A DNA stretch of 64,000 nucleotides from Thalia democratica (GCA_965202585.1 OZ241827.1:14880001-14944000); one strand, 5' to 3'; shown: positions 48,601 through 60,895, counted from the first letter of the stretch. The notes: generated by a model not told the origin, from the sequence alone. Numbers and translations: made by a program.

Positions 48601-51598
48601 AAAATTGTTTAATCTTTAATGGTATGTAATTTGTTCGAAGTGAATTTGTTTTCTATGCATAGTGTTTTATTATATAAATATTTTTGTCACTTTGTAAGAT
48701 TTTATTCATAATTTTCAAATTTTTTTAGTTATTTATATTTTTAAGTTTTTAAAAAAACAAGTTTTAAGGTTGTTTATAAATTTAATACAAATTACCATGT
48801 TTTCATTTTACAGTCAGCTTTACATTTTGAAAACTAATTAAAGAGTTTTTTTTTGTTTTACTACTGTAAACTTAATTAAATATAAGTATTTTATAATAAA
48901 TTTTATTGTTTATTTTTACTTGTTTTTAAATATGATTGCATTTTGTTTTTTATAAACCTTGCTGATTAAAGTATTAACATTTTTTCGTATTTTATTATTT
49001 AATGACATTTCAATATTTATGTGATATATCTCGTTTTTAAAATTAAATTTAAAGATTTTAAAGTTGTTTACAACACTTATAAAATTTTTATATCTCTTAT
49101 AAAATATATATAAGATATATGTTTGTTTACAGGTTAAATTAAAATTTATAAAATAAGTCTTTAACTTTTTTTATCCAAAATTAAGAATTAAAAGACTAAA
49201 ATTTTTTAATTTAATATGTGTAAATTTTTATTATTAAATCATAACAGTTAACCTGTTAACCGTTAACAAAAAATGTATAGTTATAATTTGTTTGTTTTGA
49301 TATTTTATGGTTTTTACATATAAGTTAATATGAAAAACCTTAAGTTTTTAAATGTATTTACATTACGTTGTACTTTGTATCTAAAATTATAGATGAAACA
49401 TAAATTTTAATATTTTTTCATTCTAAATTTTTGTTTATAATATTTTAATGAATAGACTTGTAACAGATTAGTTTTAGTAAAAAAAAAAATTTATTCTTTT
49501 TTACAGCTAAAAACTTAAAGCAACCAAAGCTAGACATTTACAAATTATTTTTGACAAATTAAAATAATTATATGTATGTAAAAAAAATTGATGAAAGCTT
49601 TAAGATTTTTAAAATTTTATAACTCAAGGAATTTTATTTATAGTGTTAAACTTTCTAAATTTATATGTCTTTTTTATTTTATTAAGTCCTAAAACTGTTT
49701 CATTTTTATCTAATAAAAACAGCAATGTTTTCAAATAACTTCTAAATTGTAAAATATATATTTAAAGTTATATTTATAATATAAAAAAACAATTAGTTTT
49801 CGAATCGTTTACCTAGTTTCAATGCTTCGTGCATATCCTCAGAACGAAATAAAGAACAAAGTATAAATTTTAAAGAATCACACAAAAAAACACATTGTGA
49901 CGTTTAAACTAAAATTAAAAAATTTTAGTTAGCCTCTTTTAAAAAGAACTTATGTACAAGTCAACTTAATTTTGCTTTGTTTGACTTGTTTTTGGATTTA
50001 TTTTGTTGTTATTTATTTGTTGTTATTTAGTGGTTTTTGTTCTTTTGAAGTACATGTTTTGATTATGGAGGCAAGGTTGCTGCCTTTCTTTTCTTTTATT
50101 AATGATAAATTTTTTCTTTTTTTCAATCTCGTACTTTTACAAGCAACATAAATGCTTTTTAAAGTTATATATTTTAAGCCTATAAAAGTTGTTTTTAGAA
50201 CAAAATTGTGATTATTATTTTTTTTTTCAATGAAAAGCTTTATATTTTTACAAGCGTCAAAACAAAAGAAATCATAAGGGGAAAAGAGCAACATAAATTA
50301 CCTTGCTTACAGTTATTACTCATACATGAATATTCTATTTATTTTTGAAGATTTTACACAACTGCGCACCCTAACATAAAATATAACTACATAAGAGGAA
50401 GTTTAAACTACCCTACACCCTCTATTACGTCATCACGCATCATCTTTGTTGTATTTTTTTAATGTGCAGATTCGTAAATTTTTCGAACTAGCTACGTCTC
50501 TGACCAACAATTATAAGACAGCATAAAAAAGTTAGGAGTAAAGTTTTAATAACTGGTTTAGCATCGTCCTAATTTATCTTCAGAAAATAAACTTTCAAAC
50601 AAAAGTTTAGTCATAACAATGCAGATTTTTTTTGTTTTTTTTTGCAAACAGACTTTCATTATACTTAAGTTTTTAATTACATAAAAACTTATAGTTTGAA
50701 ATAGTTACTGCTGCTCTCAAGGCGACCCAAAATTTATTATGCTACTTCTTGTTAAATGTTTATACCTATAAAATTAAAGATTTCAAATTTTAATGAAGGA
50801 AAGAACGTAAACTTTAAATTAAAGTTATCTTTAAATCAAAGTTTAATGCAAGTAATTTGTTTTTAACTGATACTTAAGATATCATTAACAATTTTATGAA
50901 AGTTATCAAATAATAAACAGTTAACATATAAGGTTTAGTGATTTTTTTATTTTTTATAATGTATTTAGTGTCATGAAATGTACTTGCATATGTTTATTTA
51001 TATACAGCAATAGTCAAGTTTTCGTAAAAGTTATGTTATACAATCTTGATCTTTTACTATAGTAGTATAGCTATAAACTAAAACCAAATTTAAAGTACAT
51101 ATAGTTTTATAGTTTTTCTAACTGTATGAACCACAAAAAACAAATTTCTGTGAATTTCATAATTTATAAGTTTATAATAAAAGTTAGTTGAAAACTTAAG
51201 GCAATATTTATAAAATATTAGAAGATTCAAAATTTAAAGTTGATCGTTTGCTAATAAAGATCCTAGCAAAATATAATTTCAATTTTAAATTGAATTTATA
51301 ATATTTACAATTGAAAATTATATTACTTTTTTTTTAAATGTTATTATGTTTAGTTTTGTTATTAAGCTTCTAATTAAATTTGTCATTAAGTTAAAAATTG
51401 TTACTAATTATTAAATCATTTTTACAATTTGGAAGTTTTTATAAATATATTATATTATATTCACTATCGTTTTTTAAATAAAAAAAGTGACTCATTTTAA
51501 AGTTGAATTATGAAAATATTACGTTATTAATTTTTACCATTTAGATTGAACTTAGTTATAATAAATTATAATTAATTGTAATTACAGCTATATAAAAC

Positions 51599-53488
51599 AT
51601 GTACTCAAACGCCAAAGAATTAGACCAACTAATACAAAACTACCCCGGTCCCAAAAATATTTTGCGAGATCTTTGCGAGAGGGAAAGAGACAAAACAGCT
51701 GAGTTGATAGAAAAGGAAAACACAAATTTTGAACAAACAAAAGAATACTTGATCGGAGAAACCGAAGAGCTGTTTAAGTACGACACTGCGAACTTCAAAG
51801 GAACTTCCGCAGGGTCCAAGTACAGATTGGAGCTCATGGACAACAGCGACCCGGATTACAAGCTTTTGCGCGATTCTGTGGCTCCTGGCGACAAAACCTT
51901 CACTGCCACTTCTCCGTTCTTCACGTTCACAAAGCATAAAAATATCAAAATTTACAGAGTGAAATCTAACGAGCCGAGCGCCGAACGGGAATCCCCGCGC
52001 TTTCTTTTGCTCCACGGCACCACGGGACCGAACGTCGAAGGGATCCTGAAGGAAGGGTTCAGACCGTCGAAAAACGGCAGGCTCGGTCCAGGCGTTTACC
52101 TGACCGACAGTTTCGAAACCGCACTGGGTTACGGCAGCTGTTACGTGAGCGACGAGGGAGTTCCGAAAGCGATGCATTACGTGTTTTTGAACAAAGTGGA
52201 ACGGACCGACGCGAAACGACTCAAGGATGGAGACGCGTGCGGCGCAAAGTCGGAAAATAATGAATATTGCTTTGCAAGGCCTAAACCTTACGTCCCGAGT
52301 TATGTAAACGGAAAGAAACGAAAGATGGAAGTCAGATCCCAAACACCACGTTACTTTTGTAAAGAAAACACTAAATATGAGCGTGTGCTGAAGGTTTATT
52401 CAGAAGAACAGTGCGCCTTCTTAGACAGCACTCCCCAAGATTTGTTTTACAGCGATCTGAAGCAAATGGTCAAAGGTACGTTTGACGTTATGAAGCAGAA
52501 AATAGCCGTGGCGCATCACGAGTTGGTTGCTCCCGCGTACCTGATAGAATTCGAAGCGAAGTATGATGCAAGTGAGATCGTTGCTCATTTGTTGTACAAA
52601 AAGTTCAATGTATTTAATTTTAAAGATGTATCTAGTTGCTTGTTTAAAAATGAAACCATAAATCGTACCACCGACCAAACTAGACCAGCGGAAACTGATG
52701 TTCGTTCTTTAAAAGAATTTAACATTGAGTTAAGGAAAGAAATGATTGCAAACCAACAGGCAAAAATTAAGCTCTTAAAGTCCAAGTTCAACTATTACGT
52801 AACTTCACTTATGAATCAGCTGCCCTTTGAAATGAGCGCTCTTTCCAGAACTGGCACAGCTGGTTCCATCAAGTACAAAACGGAAGCTTTACAGACTTCT
52901 CACAAAGATTACAGGTTCATATCAAGCTCTTTGGATTACAGAGGATGTGAAGAAAACACAAAAATTTTTAACTTGTTCAGAATCGACCCTGTAGATGAAA
53001 ATGAAGCTGAAGCAATCAACGCGAGTTTTCTTTACCTGCAAGGTGTCACTGCAAACAAAGTTATGAACATCCTCACCTCTGGTTACCCAAAATACCTTGA
53101 AGCATTGGACGAACAATGCAAAAAAGAGTGTTTTGCTGAAAACGTTTTGCGTTCCAACAACTGTTTTTGTTACGGTTCCACTTCGCTAAGTACAGAAATT
53201 TTAAAAGGCACCAGCTACTGTAGCGTTGAAAACAAAGTTAAAAAGCTTTCTTTTGTTTTTGTCACAAGCAAGAAACAAGTAAATTTTTGGCATTCGATTC
53301 CTTTGAGTAGTTCGAAGGATAGTTTGCATGATGGTAGAACTGTCTTTGATAGTCGGGGTTGCTCTCTTATAACTGCAGAAAGTTCAAGTTGTTCAAAATC
53401 TGATGCGTTCAGAAGCAGATTTCCTAAATTTAGTTCAACTTGTGTGCTAAACATGATTCCTGCTTATTTGATTGTGTTTGAGGTTTAA
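51599..53488 (+). CDS. PARP-like ADP-ribosyltransferase-fold protein with two tandem catalytic-like domains (629 aa)
   Basis: Domain 1 has LLHGT...ILKEGF...GRLGPGVYLTD...AL.YG...PAYLIEF. Domain 2 repeats the pattern (YKTEAL..SHKDYR, LYLQGVT...ILTSGYP, IPAYLIVFEV) with His replaced by Gln. The acceptor aattacag|ctatataaaacATG lies at 51580-51601. Confidence 0.8.
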   Translation: MYSNAKELDQLIQNYPGPKNILRDLCERERDKTAELIEKENTNFEQTKEYLIGETEELFKYDTANFKGTSAGSKYRLELMDNSDPDYKLLRDSVAPGDKTFTATSPFFTFTKHKNIKIYRVKSNEPSAERESPRFLLLHGTTGPNVEGILKEGFRPSKNGRLGPGVYLTDSFETALGYGSCYVSDEGVPKAMHYVFLNKVERTDAKRLKDGDACGAKSENNEYCFARPKPYVPSYVNGKKRKMEVRSQTPRYFCKENTKYERVLKVYSEEQCAFLDSTPQDLFYSDLKQMVKGTFDVMKQKIAVAHHELVAPAYLIEFEAKYDASEIVAHLLYKKFNVFNFKDVSSCLFKNETINRTTDQTRPAETDVRSLKEFNIELRKEMIANQQAKIKLLKSKFNYYVTSLMNQLPFEMSALSRTGTAGSIKYKTEALQTSHKDYRFISSSLDYRGCEENTKIFNLFRIDPVDENEAEAINASFLYLQGVTANKVMNILTSGYPKYLEALDEQCKKECFAENVLRSNNCFCYGSTSLSTEILKGTSYCSVENKVKKLSFVFVTSKKQVNFWHSIPLSSSKDSLHDGRTVFDSRGCSLITAESSSCSKSDAFRSRFPKFSSTCVLNMIPAYLIVFEV

Positions 53489-56400
53489 CACAATTTTGTA
53501 TGTGAGATTTTCTTTTTTTTTTTAAAGCGATATATTCTTAAAAAGATAGATTAATTTAAAGTCGCCATAAACTCTTTACCTCAAAAAAAATTTTTTAATG
53601 AAAAGCTTAACAAAGTTTGACAAACTTGTTAATTTTTTTTTTAATTTTTTAGTTTACTTTTTTGTCATATTTTAGAACGTTTGAAACAAAACATCATAAG
53701 GACGGCAATGTTTATTAATGTGTTAATACAGTTAAATTAACAAAGAATTTTCTTACAATAGTATAAAGAAACGTCTGTGCTTAGATTTTTACATTAATAT
53801 AAATTGCATAGAAAAAAAGATGAGTAGTGAAATAAGATGATAAGTTAACTTATTTTTAGAGTTTTTAACTTATAGCTATGTTTAGACAATTTTCAACAAA
53901 TATTTAAACTGTAAAAAAAAATTAAAAAATTTCACTAAATTACTGGATTTGAACAAAAATTTTATTTTTTTTAATGTTTACATCTTTTGCAACATCTGAA
54001 GACCTATTGTTTTACATAACAACTTTTAAAAAATTTCAGTGCTATGTTTACTATGCCACTTTAATATAGTGTGCTATTCTCAATTTGACGTACAAATTTT
54101 TTTACTTTATTTTTTAACGGAAAATAAAATAAGTTTCTTGATTACACCTTACAGTGTTTTAACTTAGTCTAAAATCGTGTTGTTTTTTTATTAGTCTCGT
54201 CTCGGTTATTGATGTTCAAAATGAGTTCTTTCTAGTCAGTACTCGTTTCAAGTAATCTAGAATGGTTTTTAACTTTTCTAAGTTTAGAAAAATTTTTTAA
54301 CGTTAACAAACTTAACAGTCGACTAATTAAAAGCTATCTGGTTTTAATATTTTTTATACTTCGCTTTCGTACGATAATTGTTTTGACTGAACGAAATCTA
54401 GTCAAGTTTACTTGTTAAGTTAATTTAGAAAATGTTCGCGTTTCCACTTGAACAGGTTTACAAAAAAGTACGAGTGATTGAATGATTTTATTGGGTGAAG
54501 TAAAATTTTAGTAGTTTTGGCAATAGTAAAACCTTTACATTTGAGATTCCAAAAAATTATTTAATATATTACCTGTAAGTAAGATAAACAAAATCTTTAG
54601 TATTACATACTAAAAAATGGTATTTAGGATTAATGTTTTAAGTAAATTGTAGAACTTTACTGATGTCTTGTTTGAGGCGACACTTTAAAAATTTAATCTT
54701 TATATCTTCTAATTAGTTCAGAAAAAGTTTGTAATAACAAGTTATCTTTTTGAGGATAACTGTTACGGTACTAAGTTTGCAAATATTGTCTATTACTGAT
54801 GCTAAACATGCAACCTAATAATAAAGTTTATTTAAAATGATTATAATTTTATTTCTAATATAGTAATTCATAATGTTTTCAATTGCTTTTTGCCATAAGT
54901 CACTTAGTTTGCCTAAAGAACAAAACTAGTCCAAATTAAACTTTTCAAAAGACTACAAAATTTTTTGTTAATAAAAAGTAGTAAGACTTAGAAATCAACT
55001 AATTTTTTTGAATTTTTAATTTTAAGGTATCACTATTATACTAACAATAAAATAAAACTTTAATTACTACACAGTTACATATGTTTTATTCTTATTTTCA
55101 TGCTAAACTACAACAACTACTAGTTGTTTGCTAATAGAAAACTAGTTCTGAAGTTATATATAACTTTATGCTTGCTTATAATGCATTGTAAGTTCTTACC
55201 TTATTAAATATTTGCAAAATTAAAGTGTGCACTCTCTCGAAAATAGATTTTATTACAATTTTTTTAAACTAATTACTACAAGAACATTAAGTTTTTAACA
55301 TAAAAGTTTAAATAAACAAAGGTTATAAATTACACCCTTATCTAAAAAACAAACAAAATTTATACAGTGTTTCATTTTCTTAACACAAAATTGCTAACTT
55401 TGTTTTGTCTTTACCATTTAGTTAATTTTATTTCAAATCATTTTACAAAAGTTTTCACCTATTGAGTTTTATTACTTAATCAAAAGTACATAACTACACA
55501 AATTTGAGAAATTTTCAAGACTTTAGCACTACAACTAAAACTATATAGTTTTTAAACAGGGTTACGACGATGCTAATGTTGCTCTGCTGACTGAACATTG
55601 AATACTTACTGTACACTTCTAAGCTACAATTTTTAATCCCTCATCATGAAGTAAACTATTGTTAAAAAATTAGCTTAATTAAGCGCGTTAAAAATGATTG
55701 TTTTCTATATTTTCATATACTGAGCTCCTTTGTCAAAAAAAAAAAATATGCTTATACCTACTAAAATTTGAATGTTTTTTAAAATATCTGATTCTTACTT
55801 CTTTAATCAAAGCATTATTTACTTGTTTTTTGCTGATTCTTTTTGTGTATAAAAGTTTCTGTTAGGTTTTGTACGCTTATTTTTGTTATGTATATAATAA
55901 CTAAAAACTAAGTACTAACATACTTCATGAATTTCTTTTTTGACCATTGTATACAATTTCTGAAGTGCTTTTTGTTTTTGAAATAGCTTCGGTTGTTCAA
56001 TTAATGCTGAATGACGATAAATAATGTTAAAAGTTTTTGTGAACTCATGATGTCGAGTAAAAACAAAACATACCAGTTGTACGGTTTACTGCTGCATCAA
56101 TTAGCTCAAGTTGAATTAATCACTTTTGTAAATTAAAATGAATAAAATACCTTGAAAACTTTGCACAAGTTTCATAAAAATATAATAAGCTCACTGTTTT
56201 TGCTTAATGATATTGTGATTATTGTTTTTCTTTTTTTGTAGTTGTTTTAAAAAAGAAATGTTTTTGTATTTAAGATTGTTTGTGTATGTACCTCCATTAA
56301 ATCTCAAAATAATTTAGAGTAAAATATTGATTTTATGGCAAAGTAATGCATTCAGTTTTGAATACCACATTTGTAGTTACTTAATATTCACTATAAGTTG

Positions 56401-58062
56401 AGTAGTTTTTATTTCCAATTTTACTGAAGTTTTTATTCTTACAAAACTGTACAGTTTGTTGTAAAATTATATGTACAGCTTGTTAACTTAATTTAAAATA
56501 ATGTCATTACATTTTGTTATTTTACAATCATGAAGTAAAAGCCCCAAGAAATCTTTATTATGATGCATAATCATATAATTTTTTTTATATCGCATTAATT
56601 TTGATAGTAGTGTATTTTTGACTATACAACTAAAAGGTTCTTTCGTACATCAGGTCCTTGGACAAAAGTTTTTGAGCGTTTTTTCTGTTGGTCAACCTTA
56701 AAAAGTCAATAAATGTGTAAAATGTATAAATAAAAAAAATAAAACGTTAAATAAACGAAAGCTTTGAAAAATATTTGAAAGATAGAAATAATTAAATTTT
56801 CAGCTAAAGTAGACATTAACTTTTAAAACATTACAAAAAAGCATAGAAAAGTTTGCATACATCTTAGGCGGGCTATTAGGACCGCGCAATTCTACAAATT
56901 CTGTTTTTATTTGTGACGTAAACAATAAAGTTAGATTTTAGAAGAAATTTCATTTCACACTTGAATCATTTCTCTTGAAGCCATTGTGTTGTAAACACTT
57001 CTAGTTTATGATATACTTTTTTTGTTGTTTAGTCTAGTTTTTCTTTTACAACGTATGTGTGAATGTTTACATGTTTATCAACATCTTTTAAAAAAGAGCT
57101 CTGTACTTTTGTTTGTTGAAATTTCAAACAATTTCTTTATTTTGTACTTGTAACTGTTGATATACATACTTGTTTCAGAGTTTGGAGTTATTACTTGTAA
57201 AAATCATTATTCAAACTGATGAAACACAGGTGTTGAAATACATTTAAGATAATTTCAAAGCTTCAAGCAATCACAATTTGAGAGTTGTGCTATTTGAATT
57301 TTTTGTTTATCTTTTTACAAAGTATTTTTAATTGTAATAAATTAGCATCTTTTGACAGATAATGATTTTTTTGTCTGTTGAAGTTTTAAACAATTGCTTG
57401 TTGCATTGTTCTTACAAATGTGAATACATATTTAAATTTTGTAGCATCTTAGAAGAATCTTTTGAACTGGCTGAACAGCATTGTTTTTTTTTAAAGCTTC
57501 AAGCAACTAAAGAAGAAAGTCATACTAATTGAATACTTTGTTTCCATCTTAAAAAAGTATTTTTAACTGTAATAAAATCAACCTTTTAGATTTTTTTTTA
57601 TAAGACTTGCTTAAGAGTGTATTTGCATATTATAAAATGATTGCCTCTATCACTAGATAGCTGTCTTAATGTTTAAAGTCTATTGCCATTGTGTTATATT
57701 TCATATGTCTTCTCTTACAAATAATTTTCAGATGATATTATTCATTTGAATGTAATTATTATTTATGTTGTTATAGGCATGTAAGAATTTTTATTAAACT
57801 TAGGTATGGCTTGATCAATTGTGCTGTTGTTCAATTTATATTGCTATATGTTACTCACAAAACAGTTCTTTTCAGTTAAACTGAACTTTAAAAACTATAA
57901 GTTACATACTTAAAGTTTGTTGGGATGTATCTCGAAAAATAAAGTTATATTTAGTGGTTTCAATAGTATTTTGTGATATATAAATTTATTTATTTTTAAA
58001 ATTTAATTAAGGGGAGTCGCCCGCGAATTTTGGGAATTTCCCTAAAGTGAAACTTATAAAAA

Positions 58063-58132
58063 TTAATCAAAAGCTGAAAAAACGAAGAACAACACCTACC
58101 GGCACTTTTTCGTTTTTTCAGCTTTTGATTAA
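58063..58132. repeat. Perfect 24-bp inverted repeat with 22-nt spacer
   Basis: ttaatcaaaagctgaaaaaacgaa (58063-58086) / ttcgttttttcagcttttgattaa (58109-58132). Confidence 0.9.
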
Positions 58133-58346
58133 ATTTATTTATTAGGGGAGAGGTGCTGTGTTGATTTTGAGTAGATGCACGTTTTGATAATGTATTTTAA
58201 AAAGGCTTTGTGTAATTGGTGCTACTTTAAGAGGGACTCTATGACAATTGTAGAAGTGTCATTATGCACTTTAAAGTGTTTATTTCCATAATCATAGTTT
58301 AAATGCTTAGTTCCATATTCAAAGATTATACGCTTATTTCGAAATA

Positions 58347-59044
58347 CAGTAACCTCTCGCATATTTACGCACTCTCGTTTAGCTACGCATTTTAGAACTC
58401 AAAAAATATTTTTTTTGATGTTGCACAAATTAGGTTTATTGCATACTTTTAATTTAGAATTTTTAAATGCTAACTAATCTCTCTATATTTCTAGACTTTG
58501 TAAACTAATTTTCCTTGACTAATTGGTAAACATTTAGTTATACCTTAAAATATCAGAAATTTTGTTAGCAATAAGAGATTAAATATAAGTTCTGAAAGAA
58601 TTATGACTGTGTTAAATTATGAAATCATGAGTTTAAAACACAAATAAATAATACATCATTCTCGCCCTATATATGAATAAACACCATTTTATAATTGTAA
58701 AAAGATCCTTAATTATAAATTTAAATTGCTGAGTAGAATATAAATGATAAATATCAAATAAGTCACAAATAAAGATAAACCTACTTTTTACCAAAATTAG
58801 TAAAGTTATTCTACTCGTATTTTTATTTTATATAAATATTTTTTACTACAAGTATAGTTATATCTTTTGTTTTCATATTTATAAATACAGTAGACAAATT
58901 GTTAAAAGTGGGAAGTCCCCAGTCTGCTTTTAACCAAAAGAATATTAAAAAACAGCCATTATAGTAAGTATATTTTGGTACCTCTCGTATCTTTACGCCT
59001 TTTTTCTATGGACACAATGTGCGTAATTAAGCGAGAGGTTACTG
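58347..59044. mobile_element. MITE, Tc1/mariner (pogo/Tigger-like) type, 698 bp
   Basis: 26-bp TIRs cagtaacctctcgcatatttacgcac / gtgcgtaattaagcgagaggttactg (23/26 match), TA on both sides, and subterminal ctctcgt..tacgc repeats. Confidence 0.9.
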
Positions 59045-59668
59045 TACGTGTAGTAATATTTTGGATATTTAAATTGACTGATTCGTAATCTACGTTAGTA
59101 GCAATGACCTTAAGATTACGGAATATTGATTTCGGAGACCGTTAGTTTGCAATATAGTTGAAATACTTTGCTTAAAAACAACAATAAAACATGTTGCTAA
59201 ACAACTACAAGTAAGTACTCTATTTGTTAAATTATATTTAATTTATAAGTGTACACTTATTCTATAAACACAACTTAGGTATCTTTTAGGAACAGTTTGT
59301 TTTTAAATACAGTAAATGTTATGAACTGGCTGTAAGGACATTAAATTTTGTTTCAAAACTCCTATTATTCAATAATTTTTCTGAGAAATTATCAATATTC
59401 AATTTTTAAAAATATCAACTGAAAATGGTAAGAGTTTGATGTTGGGACTATAAAATATGCTTTAAATTTAGTATAAGATAGAAAATTTCAATTAAATGCA
59501 ACAATGGCAAGTAAAAATAGAACTTTTAGTGGTTTTAAAACAAGCTTTATGCATAAATGCAACTAATTGGAATTTTATATATCACTTTGGTGGCAAGTTA
59601 AAATTTAATGTAAATAATAATCAAAAAAATGAAAATTGGCATGGGTTTATTAAAATTAAACACAAAAT

Positions 59669-59782
59669 TTAAATCAGTGCGTATCTTTCCACTCGTCTTA
59701 GCTGAAAAGTAGTTGTTGCTACACCATTGAAGTTGACTCCACATCTGTACTCCGCAAACTCGATAACATCCGGTTGTTCGAT
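59669..59782 (-). CDS. Possible orphan terminal coding exon (IEQPDVIEFAEYRCGVNFNGVATTTFQLRRVERYALI*), weakly Ig-like
   Basis: GC-richer island, open in phase 0 from an acceptor aatcttacaccag| to TAA. The EYRC resembles the Ig F-strand YxC. Upstream exons were not established. Confidence 0.3.
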   Translation of the reverse strand: MEQPDVIEFAEYRCGVNFNGVATTTFQLRRVERYALI

Positions 59783-60018
59783 CTGGTGTAAGATTATTTA
59801 TTGTACTAACTGTTATACAGCTTACATGCTTTAGTGTTATTTGTTTACAAGCGACAACTTAATTTTTTAATATGTAAAATGGTTTGCTCAATAAAACATA
59901 GGAATGAAAACAATTGAAACTTGGTAATTTTAAATATTATTAAATTTAAAAACTTTCTATTAATAACAACACTTTAAATTGATATTAAAATAAACTTAAG
60001 TTGGTAGTAACTTTTTTA

Positions 60019-60200
60019 CAGTAACCTACCAACTACGTACTTTGAGTACATGGCAAAAATTGCGTACCAAGCCGGCAGTGTACAATACAGTACAAAATTA
60101 AAAATATAGTCTGTAGTGTAAAACAAATCATAAATAAATTTATTTTAATCACTGCGTTCTTCGGCTAAAAAGTGCGTACCATACCGGCAGCTCGTACCTA
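60019..60200. mobile_element. Degenerate end of a MITE related to 10730-11465 / 58347-59044
   Basis: ta|cagtaacctaccaactacgtac resembles both TIRs. It is followed by ttgcgtacc and aaaaagtgcgtacc motifs as in the 10730 element. Confidence 0.4.
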
Positions 60201-60880
60201 GGTGGCAGGTTGCTATAGATAATTACTAATCATTCAGTTGGACTAAATATATTTCATTAACAGCAGTTTGAAATTATAGATAGTATAAAACAAGTTACAG
60301 AACAGCTTCAAATGATAAACTTTTAGCGATTTCAAATAACAATAAAAATATTTTATTGTAAGATTTAACAAAACTAATTATGTTCACAATACTTATGCTT
60401 TACAATTTATCATTTATGAGTTTATAAATTAAACAAATAACTTCCCACTAACATTTATATTATGCACACAATTTATCAATATACAAACTGATAAACTACA
60501 ATAATTGATGTAAATTATTAATACATAAAGTTAGCTCTGTGAAACTATAACTATAAATACCTGAATAACATCTGCTTTTGTGTTTTTATTTGTTCATAGT
60601 TTTTGTATCTTTAAAAATACTTAAACACTGACATTAATCAACACATCTAACTAAAACTAATACAGGCTTCCCACTTCTCTACAAATCCCTAAAATTTTAC
60701 ATATTCTGAAAATCCCTAGAAATAATTGAAAAATATGTGAAAATTCCTGTAATTTACGTTTTTTTGGTTAACTATTAAGGTTTAAAAGCCATAACAGTGA
60801 CAGAAAAACACGTAAAAGAAGTTTAAATTTTTTTCTTAATTTTTATTCTTTTCATACTCGGTACAAAATTGCGACTTCGT

Positions 60881-60895
60881 GGCGCCACCTAGTGG
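60881..60895 (-). promoter_or_regulatory. CTCF-consensus-like motif CCACTAGGTGGCGCC
   Basis: Exact match to the established CTCF core (CCASYAGRKGGCRS) in an AT-rich background. A partial plus-strand motif cctaggtggcag lies at 60197-60208. Confidence 0.35.

Noticed and set aside
10135-50294. Isolated AT-rich ORFs (10135-10365, 15236-15526, 21652-21834, 21962-22165, 42511-42702, 46801-47004, 47423-47629, 50013-50294)
   Set aside because: They have F/L/I/K/N-biased composition typical of random AT-rich frames, are not kept open in paralogous copies where these exist, and show no recognisable motifs.
51629-52342. 237-aa antisense ORF (and 51640-51843, 52421-52678, 52585-52791, 52922-53116, 53215-53454)
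   Set aside because: These are shadow frames of the GC-rich PARP-like CDS, with no independent motif or start context.
57040-57600. Possible decayed zinc-finger array on the minus strand (HVNIH-like piece, ~236-bp imperfect duplication)
   Set aside because: No complete C2H2 spacing could be read in any frame. Only a weak local duplication is evident.
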